The notes beneath the pieces are model-generated. The model had not been told where the DNA came from, did no database searches, and worked only from the letters and a program-made list of their open reading frames with translations. Source: Polyangiaceae bacterium (GTDB lineage: Bacteria > Myxococcota_A > Polyangia > Polyangiales > Polyangiaceae). From it: a stretch of DNA of 64,000 nt. The number at the start of each line of letters is the position of its first letter. Position 1 is the first letter of the stretch. A program made the translations under genes and the position numbers. Below, piece after piece: positions 1-9,743 of the stretch. Location: NCBI GenBank assembly GCA_044222475.1, contig JBGANF010000029.1, positions 1 through 64,000 on the forward strand. Direction: 5' to 3'.

Positions 1-60
1 CGTTCACGTTCACGGGGATTTCAGGCGCTCCAGATCCGAGCGTGCTAGATCCGATCCGCC

Positions 61-771
61 ATGCAGGCGGTCGTCATCGCTGGGGGGCTCGCCACGCGCA
101 TGCGGCCGCACACCCTCACCGTGCCGAAGTCGATGCTCGAGGTCGCCGAGCGACCGTTCGTCGACTGGCTCCTCGAGAAGCTCGCCGCGTCGGGCTACGA
201 CGACGTCGTGTTCTGCATCGCCCACCTCGGCGAGCAGATCCAGGCTCACGTCGGCGACGGCGCTCGCTTCGGCGTCCGCGCGCGCTACTCGGAGGAAGGG
301 AAGACGCTCCTCGGCACCGGCGGCGCCCTTCGGTCCGCGCTGCCGCTGCTCGACGACGCGTTCCTCGTGACGTACGGCGACAGCTACCTGCCGTTCGACT
401 ACGCGGGCCCGCTGAAGACCCTCACCGCGAACGCCGACTGCGACGGCGTCATGAGCGTCTACAAGAACGAAGGAAAGTGGGACGCGTCGAACACCCAGAC
501 CGACGGAACCTGGGTCCTCCGGTACGAAAAGGGCGGAACCGACCCCGCGCTCGATCACATCGACTACGGGGCGATTGCCCTGCGCCGCGCCGTCCTCGAG
601 CGCGAGCCGGCGGGCGTCGCGTTCGGGCTCGACCGCATCCAGACCGAGCTCGCGTCACGGAGGCGCTTGCGGGCGTACGTGGCCCGTGAGAGGTTCTTCG
701 AAATTGGCTCGCCCGAGGGGCTCGCGACCCTGAACGCGTACCTTCGGCGAACCTCGAACGTGGAGCCTTAG
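61..771 (+). CDS. hddC: Sugar-phosphate nucleotidyltransferase, probable D-glycero-alpha-D-manno-heptose-1-phosphate guanylyltransferase
   Basis: N-terminal VIAGGLATRMRP..PK NTP-transferase motif, LGTGGAL, YGDSY; first gene of an operon with a GHMP kinase, an SIS isomerase and a HAD phosphatase. Nucleotide specificity inferred from context. Confidence 0.75.
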   Translation: MQAVVIAGGLATRMRPHTLTVPKSMLEVAERPFVDWLLEKLAASGYDDVVFCIAHLGEQIQAHVGDGARFGVRARYSEEGKTLLGTGGALRSALPLLDDAFLVTYGDSYLPFDYAGPLKTLTANADCDGVMSVYKNEGKWDASNTQTDGTWVLRYEKGGTDPALDHIDYGAIALRRAVLEREPAGVAFGLDRIQTELASRRRLRAYVARERFFEIGSPEGLATLNAYLRRTSNVEP

Positions 772-1767
772 ATGATTGTCTCTCGCGCACCGGTTCGCTT
801 TTCGCTCGGAGGGGGCGGCACCGATCTCCCGAGCTACTCGCGCGAGCACGGCGGGTTCCTCGTCGCCGCTGCGATCGACAAGTACGTCTTCGTCAACGCG
901 AACCGCCGGTTCTACCCGTCGATCCGCTTGGCCTACTCGAAGACCGAGACGGTCGAGCGCGTCGACCAGATCGAGCACCGCATCTTCCGCGAGGCGCTGC
1001 GGTTCGCCAAGATCGAGAACGGGATCGAGCTCGTCAGCGTCGCCGACCTGCCGGCGAACTCGGGGCTCGGATCGTCGAGCTCGTTCACGGTGGCGCTGCT
1101 CAACGCGCTCCACACCTACAAGCGCGAGTTCGTGCCGACGCAGCAGCTCGCCGAAGAGGCGTGCCACATCGAGATCGACGTCCTGAAGGAGCCGATCGGC
1201 AAGCAGGACCAGTACATCAGCGCCTACGGCGGAATCACGGCGTTCACGTTCGACAAGGACGGCTCGGTCCACGTGGAGCGGCTGCCGGTCAAGGAAGACG
1301 TCATCGACGAGCTCGAGTCGAACCTCCTGATCTTCTACTCCGGCGTCGAGCGTTCGGCGTCGGCGGTGCTCACCGAGCAGGCGAAGACCGTCAAGTCGAA
1401 CAAGGACGACGCCGTCGCGCGCATGCACCGCATCAAGGAGATCGGGCACGAGACGAAGAAGCTCCTGCTCGAGGGCAACACCGACTACTTCGGCGAGCTC
1501 ATGCACGAGCACTGGACGAACAAGCGCAAGCTCGCGTCGAACATGACCGACTCCGCGATCGACGAGCACTACGAAGCGGCGCGGAAGGCCGGCGCGATCG
1601 GCGGCAAGCTCATGGGCGCCGGCGGCGGAGGGTTCTTCATGTTCTACGTGCGCCCCACCGAGAAGCGGAAGGTCCTCGAGGCGATGAGCGCTCGCGGCCT
1701 CCGCCAGCTACGCTTCCGCTTCGACTTCGACGGCGCGCGCATCCTCGCCAACTTCCACCGTTCCTGA
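772..1767 (+). CDS. hddA: GHMP kinase, D-glycero-alpha-D-manno-heptose-7-phosphate kinase-like
   Basis: RAPVRFSLGGGGTD, PANSGLGSSS, GKQDQY, GGKLMGAGGGG motifs; abuts the upstream stop. Confidence 0.85.
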   Translation: MIVSRAPVRFSLGGGGTDLPSYSREHGGFLVAAAIDKYVFVNANRRFYPSIRLAYSKTETVERVDQIEHRIFREALRFAKIENGIELVSVADLPANSGLGSSSSFTVALLNALHTYKREFVPTQQLAEEACHIEIDVLKEPIGKQDQYISAYGGITAFTFDKDGSVHVERLPVKEDVIDELESNLLIFYSGVERSASAVLTEQAKTVKSNKDDAVARMHRIKEIGHETKKLLLEGNTDYFGELMHEHWTNKRKLASNMTDSAIDEHYEAARKAGAIGGKLMGAGGGGFFMFYVRPTEKRKVLEAMSARGLRQLRFRFDFDGARILANFHRS

Positions 1768-1777
1768 AAAGAAGACC

Positions 1778-2380
1778 ATGGCATCCACGTTCACCGAACA
1801 GTTCCTCGAAGAGAGCATCACCCTCATCAAAGGCATCGACGTCGCGCAGACCGAGGCGATGGCGACCGGGCTCGCCGGCGTTCGCGACGGCGGCGGGCGG
1901 CTCTTCATCCTCGGCGTGGGCGGCAGCGCCGGTCACGCCAGCCACGCAGTGAACGACTTCCGAAAGATCTGCGGCTTCGAGGCCTACACCCCGACCGACA
2001 ACGTCTCGGAGCTCACGGCGCGCACGAACGACGAAGGCTGGGACACGACGTTCTCGGAGTGGCTCAAGGGCTCGCGCTTGAACGGCAAGGACGCGCTGCT
2101 GATCTTCTCGGTCGGCGGCGGCAACCGCGAGAAGAACGTGAGCGTGAACCTGGTGCGCGCGCTCGAGCTCGCGAAGGAGCGAGGCGCGAAGGTCTTCGGG
2201 ATCGTCGGCCGCGACGGCGGCTACACGAAGCAGGTCGCCGACGCGTGCGTCATCGTCCCGACGGTGCACAAGGATCGCGTGACGCCTCACACCGAGGGGT
2301 TCGCGGCGGTGCTCTGGCACCTCCTCGTGAGCCACCCGGCGCTCCAGCAAAAAGCGACGAAGTGGGAATCGACCAAGTGA
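1778..2380 (+). CDS. gmhA: SIS-domain phosphoheptose isomerase-like protein
   Basis: ILGVGGSAGHASHAVND, LTARTND, FSVGGG, HTEG; sits in the heptose operon. Confidence 0.8.
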   Translation: MASTFTEQFLEESITLIKGIDVAQTEAMATGLAGVRDGGGRLFILGVGGSAGHASHAVNDFRKICGFEAYTPTDNVSELTARTNDEGWDTTFSEWLKGSRLNGKDALLIFSVGGGNREKNVSVNLVRALELAKERGAKVFGIVGRDGGYTKQVADACVIVPTVHKDRVTPHTEGFAAVLWHLLVSHPALQQKATKWESTK

Positions 2381-2387
2381 TCGCTCG

Positions 2388-3005
2388 ATGACGGCGTCAC
2401 GTGGCGTCATCCTCGATCGCGACGGGACGCTGATCGACGTCGTCCGCGACGAAGAGACGGGGGCGATCGTCACCGCGTTTCATCCGAGCCAGGTGCGGAT
2501 CTTCGACGGGGTCGTCGAGGGTCTGGTGGCTTTACGCGATGCGGGCTTCAAGCTCGCGATCGCGACGAACCAGCCGGGGCCGGCGAAGGGGCAGTACTCG
2601 CGGGATGCGGTCGGGAAGACGAACGCGGAGCTCGTGGCGCAGCTGGCGTCGCAGGGCGTCGTGATCGATCACGTTGCAACCTGCATGCATCACCCGGATG
2701 GCGGACCCGGCGGAGACGCGACGCTCGTCGGGCCGTGCGCGTGTCGAAAGCCGAAGCCGGGGCTCTTGATCGAGTGCATCCAGGAGCTCTCGCTCGATGC
2801 GGCGTCGTCGTGGATGATCGGTGACACCCGCTCGGACGTCGAAGCGGGGATTGCGGCCGGCGTGAAGACGGCGCTCCTGTTCGACACGAAGCGCTGCGAG
2901 CTGTGTCCCTTGCGGGCCGGAGCGGGCTCGGTCCAACCGACGCCTACCGTGCATGGGGCTCGCTTCGCCGAGATCGTGCAAAAGATCCTCGCTGCGCCCC
3001 ACTGA
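2388..3005 (+). CDS. gmhB: HAD-IIIA heptose bisphosphate phosphatase
   Basis: LDRDGTLI, TNQ, CxH...CACRKPKPG Zn motif, MIGD...D. Confidence 0.85.
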   Translation: MTASRGVILDRDGTLIDVVRDEETGAIVTAFHPSQVRIFDGVVEGLVALRDAGFKLAIATNQPGPAKGQYSRDAVGKTNAELVAQLASQGVVIDHVATCMHHPDGGPGGDATLVGPCACRKPKPGLLIECIQELSLDAASSWMIGDTRSDVEAGIAAGVKTALLFDTKRCELCPLRAGAGSVQPTPTVHGARFAEIVQKILAAPH

Positions 3006-3126
3006 GAGGAACGCCAGGGCGCCAGGAACGCCAGGGACGGACTCGATCGAAGAGGTTTGGCGCTCGATGTTCGACCCCATGCAGGGGTAAGCCGCTGGCG
3101 TCCTGGCGCCCTGGCGGTTCTCTCTC
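3004..3126. repeat. Long imperfect inverted repeat (REP/MITE-like hairpin) between convergent genes
   Basis: Left arm 3004-3034 GAGAGGAACGCCAGGGCGCCAGGAACGCCAG pairs with right arm 3095-3126 CTGGCGTCCTGGCGCCCTGGCGGTTCTCTCTC; each arm holds three CGCCAG units. Confidence 0.8.
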
Positions 3127-4921
3127 ACGGAGGCGGAGGAGATTTTCGCGGCCAGTCCATGTTGGGATCCAGCGGCGTCAGCGTGAAGTGACGTTCCCCG
3201 GTCTGCGCGAAGGCTTGGCGGTCCATCCCAAGTAGGTACACCGGCTCCGCGCCCAGCATCGGCTTGATCTCGTCGTACTCGGCACGGCTCAGCGGAAAGA
3301 CGAGGCGCGCTCGTGTGTCGTCTCCGGTCGCGATCTCGTAGGGGTACCCGTAGCCCCACCCGGCCGCGCCGCGCGCCCAGATCGGCGGCACCACCACGTT
3401 CGCGTTGCCGATCCCGGACGACGCCACGAACTCCCACGGCTCGCGCACCGCGCGCGCGAGCTGCGTCATGCGCGCATAGCGAAGCGGCGTCACGGTGACG
3501 AGCGCCGCCGCGACGGTCGCCAAGATCGCCCACTCGCCGACCGTGCGATGACGGCCCGCGACGCGAAGGATCGCCGCCGCTCCGTGCGCGACCGCGGCGA
3601 AGAGGATCGGCGCGAGCACGTAGCCGTACGTCGGCCCGACGTCCCACGTCCCCGGCCCCGGGATCGCGAGGAACGCCACGAGGAAGAACCCGACGAGCCA
3701 CCGCAGGAGCTTCGCTCCCGTGTCTCTCTGCAACAGACCGATCGCCGCGACGACGAGCGCTCCCGGTACGCCGAGCAGCCACCCGTCGAGCCGCAGCAGA
3801 ACGGTCGACGTCACCACGAGGCCCCCGCCGAGGCTGTGGACGTACGGCCCGGCGAACGGCTTCGTGAAGCCGAGCCGCATCGGGTTCTCGCGATCGAGCG
3901 AGTAGACCATCTTCGTGTACGACCCAGTCACCGCGTGGTTCTGGATCGGGATCAGCCAGACGAACGCGGCGGCCGCGACGAACAAGAGCCCCGCGGTGCG
4001 AACCCGCGTCTTCGATCGGAGGACGCACCACAGCGCGATGGGGAGCCCGAGGATGGCCGCGTCGAAGGGCCGGATGATCGCCAGGAACCCGAGCGCGCCG
4101 CCGCACACGACGGCGCTCAGCGGGCTCGACGTACGGTCGTGGCGGGCGGCGCCTGCGAGCGCGAGGGCGACCATCGTGGCGGCCGCACCGAACGAGAGCA
4201 CCGTCCCGTGGATCGCCCACACGAACGGCGACAGCGCGGCGAGCCCGGCCGCGAGGTGCGCTTGCTTCTCGCTGAAGGCGTCCTTCGCGAACGAGTGGAT
4301 CGCGAGCACGAGCACCCCGGCGAGGATCGGATGGATCAGGTACTCGGCGTTGACGAGCATCCCGAGCGCGAGGAGGAGCGCGTTGCCCGGCGGGTACTTG
4401 CTGGTGTGCGCCGGGTCGACGAGGATCATCTGGTTGCGGAACGCATGCGGCAGCGCCGCCTCCGCGAACTTCCCGTGGCGGAGCAGGTCGGCCTGGAAGA
4501 GGTAGCTCCGCTCGTCGTCGAGGAGCTCGGTGTGGGCGAGCAGCGCGTAGCCGACGAACGCCGCGCCGGCGATCGCGATGCTCGCCATGAGGGCCGGTAC
4601 CACTCTGGGATCGCCGGCGAGGAACTCGGCGATCTTAGCGAACGGGCGATCGCGCCCGCGGAGCGCGAACGCGGCGGCGGCGATGGCCGGCAGCACGAAG
4701 AGGACGGCGCTCTGGGTGAGGAGCCACTCGACCGAGGTCACGACCCGCGACGACTGCGCCGCGTTCGGCGCGTCGACCGGGAGCATCAGGAACGGCGAGT
4801 CGATGTACCAGTGGGCGGCGCTCGCGGCGGCCCAGAACGCGGCCAGCGTCACCGCGACGACGACCCACGGGACGATGGCGCGACGATCGATCGAAGCGTC
4901 TTTGGCGCTGCTCTCTTCCAT
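3125..4921 (-). CDS. Polytopic membrane protein, GT-C (ArnT/PMT-like) glycosyltransferase
   Basis: Many hydrophobic segments; DDERSYLFQA acidic loop motif, SKYPPG, IRPFDA. Confidence 0.7.
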   Translation of the reverse strand: MEESSAKDASIDRRAIVPWVVVAVTLAAFWAAASAAHWYIDSPFLMLPVDAPNAAQSSRVVTSVEWLLTQSAVLFVLPAIAAAAFALRGRDRPFAKIAEFLAGDPRVVPALMASIAIAGAAFVGYALLAHTELLDDERSYLFQADLLRHGKFAEAALPHAFRNQMILVDPAHTSKYPPGNALLLALGMLVNAEYLIHPILAGVLVLAIHSFAKDAFSEKQAHLAAGLAALSPFVWAIHGTVLSFGAAATMVALALAGAARHDRTSSPLSAVVCGGALGFLAIIRPFDAAILGLPIALWCVLRSKTRVRTAGLLFVAAAAFVWLIPIQNHAVTGSYTKMVYSLDRENPMRLGFTKPFAGPYVHSLGGGLVVTSTVLLRLDGWLLGVPGALVVAAIGLLQRDTGAKLLRWLVGFFLVAFLAIPGPGTWDVGPTYGYVLAPILFAAVAHGAAAILRVAGRHRTVGEWAILATVAAALVTVTPLRYARMTQLARAVREPWEFVASSGIGNANVVVPPIWARGAAGWGYGYPYEIATGDDTRARLVFPLSRAEYDEIKPMLGAEPVYLLGMDRQAFAQTGERHFTLTPLDPNMDWPRKSPPPP

Positions 4922-4961
4922 GTCCGTCGCGGAGGAAGCCTACACGAAGTAAGGTGCGGCC

Positions 4962-6926
4962 ATGGCGGTCTCGCGCCACGGACTCGCGATCGCGGCGACG
5001 CTCGCCGCTCCGGCTGCGCTTTCGCTCGCCGTACGCGGCGCGCACCCGTTCGTCGCGCTCGGGTGCTGGACGTTCACCGTCGCGGTCGCGTTCTACGGCG
5101 CGGGGGCCGCGCTCGATCGCGTCTTCGCCGAGGGGAACGCACCGCGCCTGCTCCGGATCGGCTGGGGGATGGCGCTCTACGAGTGGGCCATCGGCGTCCT
5201 CGCGGCGATCCGCCACGGCGGCCGGCCCTTCGTCTTCGCGTCGATCCTCGCCGGGGTCGCCTTGGCGTTGCACGACGTGGCCACGACGGAGTGGTCGCTC
5301 GGGCCGGTGGCGACGCGCGTGCGCCGATGGTGCGTCGCCCGACCGATGGCCACGGCGGCGATTGCGCTGTCGCTCCTCTTCGTCGCCGTTCGCGCCGTGC
5401 TCTCGCTCCGGACCCGCGCCGACGGGTTCCTCTACGACGACGGCGAGGCGTACGTCGTCTTCGTTCGACAGCTCGTCGAGACCGGCGACTTCGACCAGCC
5501 GTTCTCGCTTCGGCGCGTTCAGTCCTTCGGTGGCATGACGGCGCTCGTCTCCACCGTGTTCGCCGATGGTGGCGACGAGTGGTCTCATGGCTACGTCTTC
5601 GACTGGGGAATGACGTTCGTCCTCACGGTCGCGTTCGCGTTCGGGGTGCGGGCTTCGTCGAGGGCCGGGGCGTGGGTGCGGGCCGGCGCGATCGCGCTCG
5701 TGGCGTGGGTCCCGCAGTCGCGGACGAACATGACCTGCCAGTACGCCGCCGTGTTCATGGGGCTCGTCCTCGTGCGGTCGCTCGGCGCTTTGGATCGTTG
5801 TACCAAAGTGGGACAACGGGTCCCCATCGGGTTGCTCGCGGCGGGGGTGGCCGCGCTCCGGCAGAACCTTTTCCCCTGGGTGGCCCTCGTGCTGTTCGTG
5901 CACCACGCGCTCGAGTGGGTGCGGTCCCCGGCCGACCGGGCGAGGCGCGCGCGGACGCTCTTCGTCGACGGCGCGCTCTGCGCGGTGTTTCTGGTCCCGT
6001 GGATGGTGCAGTCGTGGCGCTGCTTCGGGACGCCGCTTTTTCCGCTCATCCGCGGAGACGTCGCTCGCGCCGGCTCGTCGTTCATCGGCGCGTCGGCGTC
6101 GTGGGCCCAACAGCTCGGCACCGCGGTCGGCACGCTGACGTACTCGATGCCGTTCGGCTTGCTGGGGACCCTCGCCCTCGCGGTGTGCTTCTTCGGTCGG
6201 CGCACGCGCGAGTCGACCGTGCTCGTCGTCGCCGCCGTCGGCACGTGGGTCGCTCAGGTCCACGCGCTGCCGACCACCGACCTGTATTCGCACGCCCGCT
6301 ACACGTTCTCGTGGGCGATGGCCGCAGGCCTCGGCGTCGTGATCGCGTCCGCGTCGGCGCGCCGATCCGACCGGCGCTGGGCTCAGGGGGCGGCGGTCTT
6401 GGCGGTCGTCGTCGCGCTCGTCGGTGTGCGCGACGCGATCACGCGACCTTCGATCGACGATCTGCGCTGGGAAGCTCGAGCGCCGCTCGCGAGTCGTCCC
6501 GGTGGCGACGACGGTCCTCGCAACGCGCGCTACGCCGCTGCGCAAGCGATGGTGCCGGCGGGGGCGCGCATCTTCGTGATGGCCGAGGAGAGCTACCGGA
6601 TGGACTTCCGCCGCAACCCGATCGTCGTGCTCGACTTCCCCGGCGCCCTAGGCTCCCCGCCGTTCCCGGCGCGCGAAGGAGCAGCGGCGATCCGCGCGTA
6701 CCTACGCGGTCAGGGGTTCCGCTGGCTCCTCTTCCAGCACCCACTGGTCGCGGAGGCGATGTTCTCGCGTCAGGGGTGGGCGAAGCACCTCGGCTACACC
6801 GACGACGAAGCCGCGCGCAGGCTCGCCCCTTGGTGGCTCGACGCATTCGACGCGCTCGACGCCATCGCGCGAGAGGGGACCGTGCACGACGACGGCGTCC
6901 TCGCAGTGGTCGACCTCGAGAACTGA
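4962..6926 (+). CDS. Polytopic membrane protein, probable GT-C-like glycosyltransferase
   Basis: Many TM segments, DDGEAY loop motif, GTPLFP, soluble C-terminal domain; divergent from the previous gene with a 40-bp gap. Confidence 0.55.
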   Translation: MAVSRHGLAIAATLAAPAALSLAVRGAHPFVALGCWTFTVAVAFYGAGAALDRVFAEGNAPRLLRIGWGMALYEWAIGVLAAIRHGGRPFVFASILAGVALALHDVATTEWSLGPVATRVRRWCVARPMATAAIALSLLFVAVRAVLSLRTRADGFLYDDGEAYVVFVRQLVETGDFDQPFSLRRVQSFGGMTALVSTVFADGGDEWSHGYVFDWGMTFVLTVAFAFGVRASSRAGAWVRAGAIALVAWVPQSRTNMTCQYAAVFMGLVLVRSLGALDRCTKVGQRVPIGLLAAGVAALRQNLFPWVALVLFVHHALEWVRSPADRARRARTLFVDGALCAVFLVPWMVQSWRCFGTPLFPLIRGDVARAGSSFIGASASWAQQLGTAVGTLTYSMPFGLLGTLALAVCFFGRRTRESTVLVVAAVGTWVAQVHALPTTDLYSHARYTFSWAMAAGLGVVIASASARRSDRRWAQGAAVLAVVVALVGVRDAITRPSIDDLRWEARAPLASRPGGDDGPRNARYAAAQAMVPAGARIFVMAEESYRMDFRRNPIVVLDFPGALGSPPFPAREGAAAIRAYLRGQGFRWLLFQHPLVAEAMFSRQGWAKHLGYTDDEAARRLAPWWLDAFDALDAIAREGTVHDDGVLAVVDLEN

Positions 6927-6927
6927 C

Positions 6928-8250
6928 TCAGGTCCGGCCGAGGACGTAGCGCTTCCCGCGGCGCACGCGGGTTCCCTTGCCGATCGCCGTTCCGATTCGG
7001 ATGAAGGTCCACACCGTGCCGCGCAGCTTCGCGAGCTTCGAGAAGCCGACGCGCTCGCTGTACTCGATCGGGAACTCGATCACGTGGTAGTTCGAGCGCG
7101 CCGGCAGGATCAGCGTGTCGAGCGGGAGCGCGTCGCCCTCGCCGTCGAACGAGAACGCCCGGATGACCGACGAGCGGTACCCGCGCATCCCGGAGTGCAC
7201 GTCGGTCGTGGGGATGCCGTGGACGATCTGCGCGCTCGCCGCGAACGTGCGGTTCGCGAGGAAGTTCGGGACCGGCATCGCCTTCGGGTACTTCGACGTG
7301 CGGCTGCCGTTCACGACGTCCGCGCCTTCTTCGAGCATCTTGCGGATGTTCGGGATCTCGTACGTCGGGTAGGTGAAGTCGCAGTCGATGTAGATGAGCG
7401 CGTCGCTCTCCTGCGCGGCCTCGTACATGAGGCGCTCCATCGCGGGACCGTGGCCGCGCGGCGGGAGCTGGCGGATGACCCGGGCGCCCTTGGCGCGCGC
7501 GAGATCGGGCGTTTCGTCGCTCGAGCTGTCGATGAGGAGGATCTTCGCGTCCGGCGCGACGGCACGGATGTCGTCGATCATCTTCTCGACGCTCTCCTTC
7601 TCGTTGAGCGTCAGCATGCCGACAGTGAGCGAGAGCGGTCCTTTCTTGGGCGGCTTGCGTGCGACGAAGATCACCTCGTCGGCGAGGGCGACGGGGAACG
7701 CCTTCGCGATGAGGCGCTCGACCGGCCACACGAGCTGCTGGGTGAAGCGGAGCGACGTCGTGTGGAGGGTCTGGAGATCTTCGGCCGACTCGGTCAGCGA
7801 CGCGACCGTCTTCAGGATGCGCGGGTCGAAGTCGACGCGCATCAGCTCGAGGCCGACCGACTCGAGCTCGGCGCGGATGCGGTTCATCGTGCCTTTGCCG
7901 CTGCGCACCGCGAGCAGCACGTGGCCGCCGTCGGTCAACAGCTCGGGCGCCTTGGCGAGGAGCGTGCGGGTGGTGTCGACGTCGACGTCCTCGACGAGGA
8001 CGAGGTCGAACTTGCGGCCGCCGATCGGGCCGAAGGGGTTCTTCTGATCGAACGGGTGCGTCTCGTCGGCGATGTCGCGGACTTGGTTGATGGCGATCGC
8101 GTCCGACTCGATGGCGACGACGCGGGCCCCGCGCTCCTTGGCGGCCTGAGCGCTCTCGGCGAGGTGGGCCCCGATCGCGAGGACGGTACGCGGCCGCCCG
8201 AGGTTCGCTTCGATGCCGAGGTTACGGTCTTTGAAGAGCTTTTCCGCCAT
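6928..8250 (-). CDS. Degenerate methyltransferase-like domain fused to a GT2 (polyprenol-phosphate sugar synthase-like) domain
   Basis: C-half: LTLNE, DSSSDET, IDCDFTYP, GSR, TDVHSGMRGY, IEFPIEYSERVG.SK; N-half has Rossmann-like VVAIE and FDLVL motifs. Confidence 0.8.
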   Translation of the reverse strand: MAEKLFKDRNLGIEANLGRPRTVLAIGAHLAESAQAAKERGARVVAIESDAIAINQVRDIADETHPFDQKNPFGPIGGRKFDLVLVEDVDVDTTRTLLAKAPELLTDGGHVLLAVRSGKGTMNRIRAELESVGLELMRVDFDPRILKTVASLTESAEDLQTLHTTSLRFTQQLVWPVERLIAKAFPVALADEVIFVARKPPKKGPLSLTVGMLTLNEKESVEKMIDDIRAVAPDAKILLIDSSSDETPDLARAKGARVIRQLPPRGHGPAMERLMYEAAQESDALIYIDCDFTYPTYEIPNIRKMLEEGADVVNGSRTSKYPKAMPVPNFLANRTFAASAQIVHGIPTTDVHSGMRGYRSSVIRAFSFDGEGDALPLDTLILPARSNYHVIEFPIEYSERVGFSKLAKLRGTVWTFIRIGTAIGKGTRVRRGKRYVLGRT

Positions 8251-8274
8251 GACGAGGCCGGGGGTGTAGCACAG

Positions 8275-9057
8275 CTAGGCGCGTTTGGCGGCCACCACGA
8301 TTTGGAAGCCGAGCAGCTCGGGCCAGACGCCGCAGACCGCGGCCTCGATCGGCTCGACCGCGGCGCTGTAGAGCTTGAACGCCTTCGATTCGGGGAGCGA
8401 CAGGTGGTCCCCCGAGGCGACGTCGTTGTCGAAGAAGCGGCGCAGGATGGGTGCAGCAGACTGCACGATCGACGGCGTGCACCGGACCTTCACGGCCCGC
8501 AGACCGAGGTACGCGAGGAGCTTCTCGAGCGACTTGCGGGTGAAGAAGCGCAGGTGCGTTCGGTCGTAGAGGCCGCTCCACGAGTACTCGAACGAGCCCA
8601 TCGCGGTGCGGACGCGGTTGTACCAAACGGCGTAGTTCGGGACCGAGATGACGAACGTCGCGTTCTTCACGCCGTCGTACGCGAGCAGCTCCCGGAGGAA
8701 GCTCACCGGGTCGGGGATGTGCTCGAGGACGTCGGAGAGGACGACCCCGTCGAACGAGCCCTCGGGTTTGGTCGCGAGCCACTCGTGGAGCATGCCGTGG
8801 AAGACGTCGACCCCGCCTTGGCGAGCGAGCTCGGCGGCGCGCTCGTTGGGCTCCACGCCTTGAATGCGCACCTCGGGGTGTTTCGCGAGGAGGGCGCGCG
8901 CGTTCGCGCCGGCGCCGCAGCCGATGTCGAGGATCCGCGCCGAGGGGTTGCCGCGCAGGACGCGGTCCTCGACGAGGCCCACGAGCACCACGTTCGGGCG
9001 CTCGATGTAGGAGTAGCTCGTGCGATCGAGGTCGAGCGGAAACGCGTCCGAGGCCAT
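8275..9057 (-). CDS. Class I SAM-dependent methyltransferase
   Basis: ILDIGCGAG, FDGVVLSDVLEHIPDP, ISVPN, GLYDRTHLRFFT. Confidence 0.9.
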   Translation of the reverse strand: MASDAFPLDLDRTSYSYIERPNVVLVGLVEDRVLRGNPSARILDIGCGAGANARALLAKHPEVRIQGVEPNERAAELARQGGVDVFHGMLHEWLATKPEGSFDGVVLSDVLEHIPDPVSFLRELLAYDGVKNATFVISVPNYAVWYNRVRTAMGSFEYSWSGLYDRTHLRFFTRKSLEKLLAYLGLRAVKVRCTPSIVQSAAPILRRFFDNDVASGDHLSLPESKAFKLYSAAVEPIEAAVCGVWPELLGFQIVVAAKRA

Positions 9058-9058
9058 G

Positions 9059-9676
9059 TCAGCTCCTCACCGGTACGAGCTTGGCCGTGAACTGGAGCTC
9101 GGGCCAGCCGACGATGCGCCACGGCATGTCGTGCATGCGCATCGGCCAGTTGAGCTCGGTGATGCGAGAGCCCGCGCTCGCGAACATCGCGACCCACTCG
9201 CTCGGCGTGAAATAGTGACCGCGCACCTCGATCGAGTCCTTCGCGTTGCCGAAGCGGTCCATCCAGTAAAGCGTCTCGTGGCTGATCTTCCCGAAGGAGA
9301 AGTGGTCCTTCACCGCGACCACGTTCTTGGCGACGCGCACGCACTCGCGGAGGACCGCGGTCGCGTCGTCGCAGTGGTGAAGCACGTCGGCGATGATGAC
9401 GGCGTCGAAGGAGCGATCGGCGAACGGGAGCGTCTTCCCGTCGTAGAACTTCACGTCGATGTAGCTCTCGGGGCGGGGCACCACGTCGACGCCGTGCAGG
9501 TCGGTCGCGCCGATCTTCTTCCCGACCTCGAGGGTGAGGCCGCCGTTGCCGCAGCCGACGTCCAGCAGCGACGTCGCGCTCCCGATGTGCTTCGCGAGCG
9601 CGCTCGAGATGCGCTCGTTGCGCGGGGCAGGGTTGTTCTTGTGGTAGTGGTCGAAGAAGATGCGGAGGGGGTTCAC
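9059..9676 (-). CDS. Class I SAM-dependent methyltransferase
   Basis: [23 protein letters not shown]; 1-nt gap to the downstream gene. Confidence 0.9.
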   Translation of the reverse strand: MNPLRIFFDHYHKNNPAPRNERISSALAKHIGSATSLLDVGCGNGGLTLEVGKKIGATDLHGVDVVPRPESYIDVKFYDGKTLPFADRSFDAVIIADVLHHCDDATAVLRECVRVAKNVVAVKDHFSFGKISHETLYWMDRFGNAKDSIEVRGHYFTPSEWVAMFASAGSRITELNWPMRMHDMPWRIVGWPELQFTAKLVPVRS

Positions 9677-9743
9677 GGGGGCCTTCTGGGACCGCGGAAG
9701 GTAGCATCCCTTTTGCGAGGAATGGTGTTAGGAACGAGCGAGG

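Noticed and set aside
3548..6949. Very long alternative-frame ORFs (1133 aa here; also 14532..17672, 41855..45253, 38896..41577, 25856..28243 and others)
   Set aside because: Arg/Gly/Ala-rich shadow frames overlapping motif-bearing genes; expected in high-GC DNA with few stop codons
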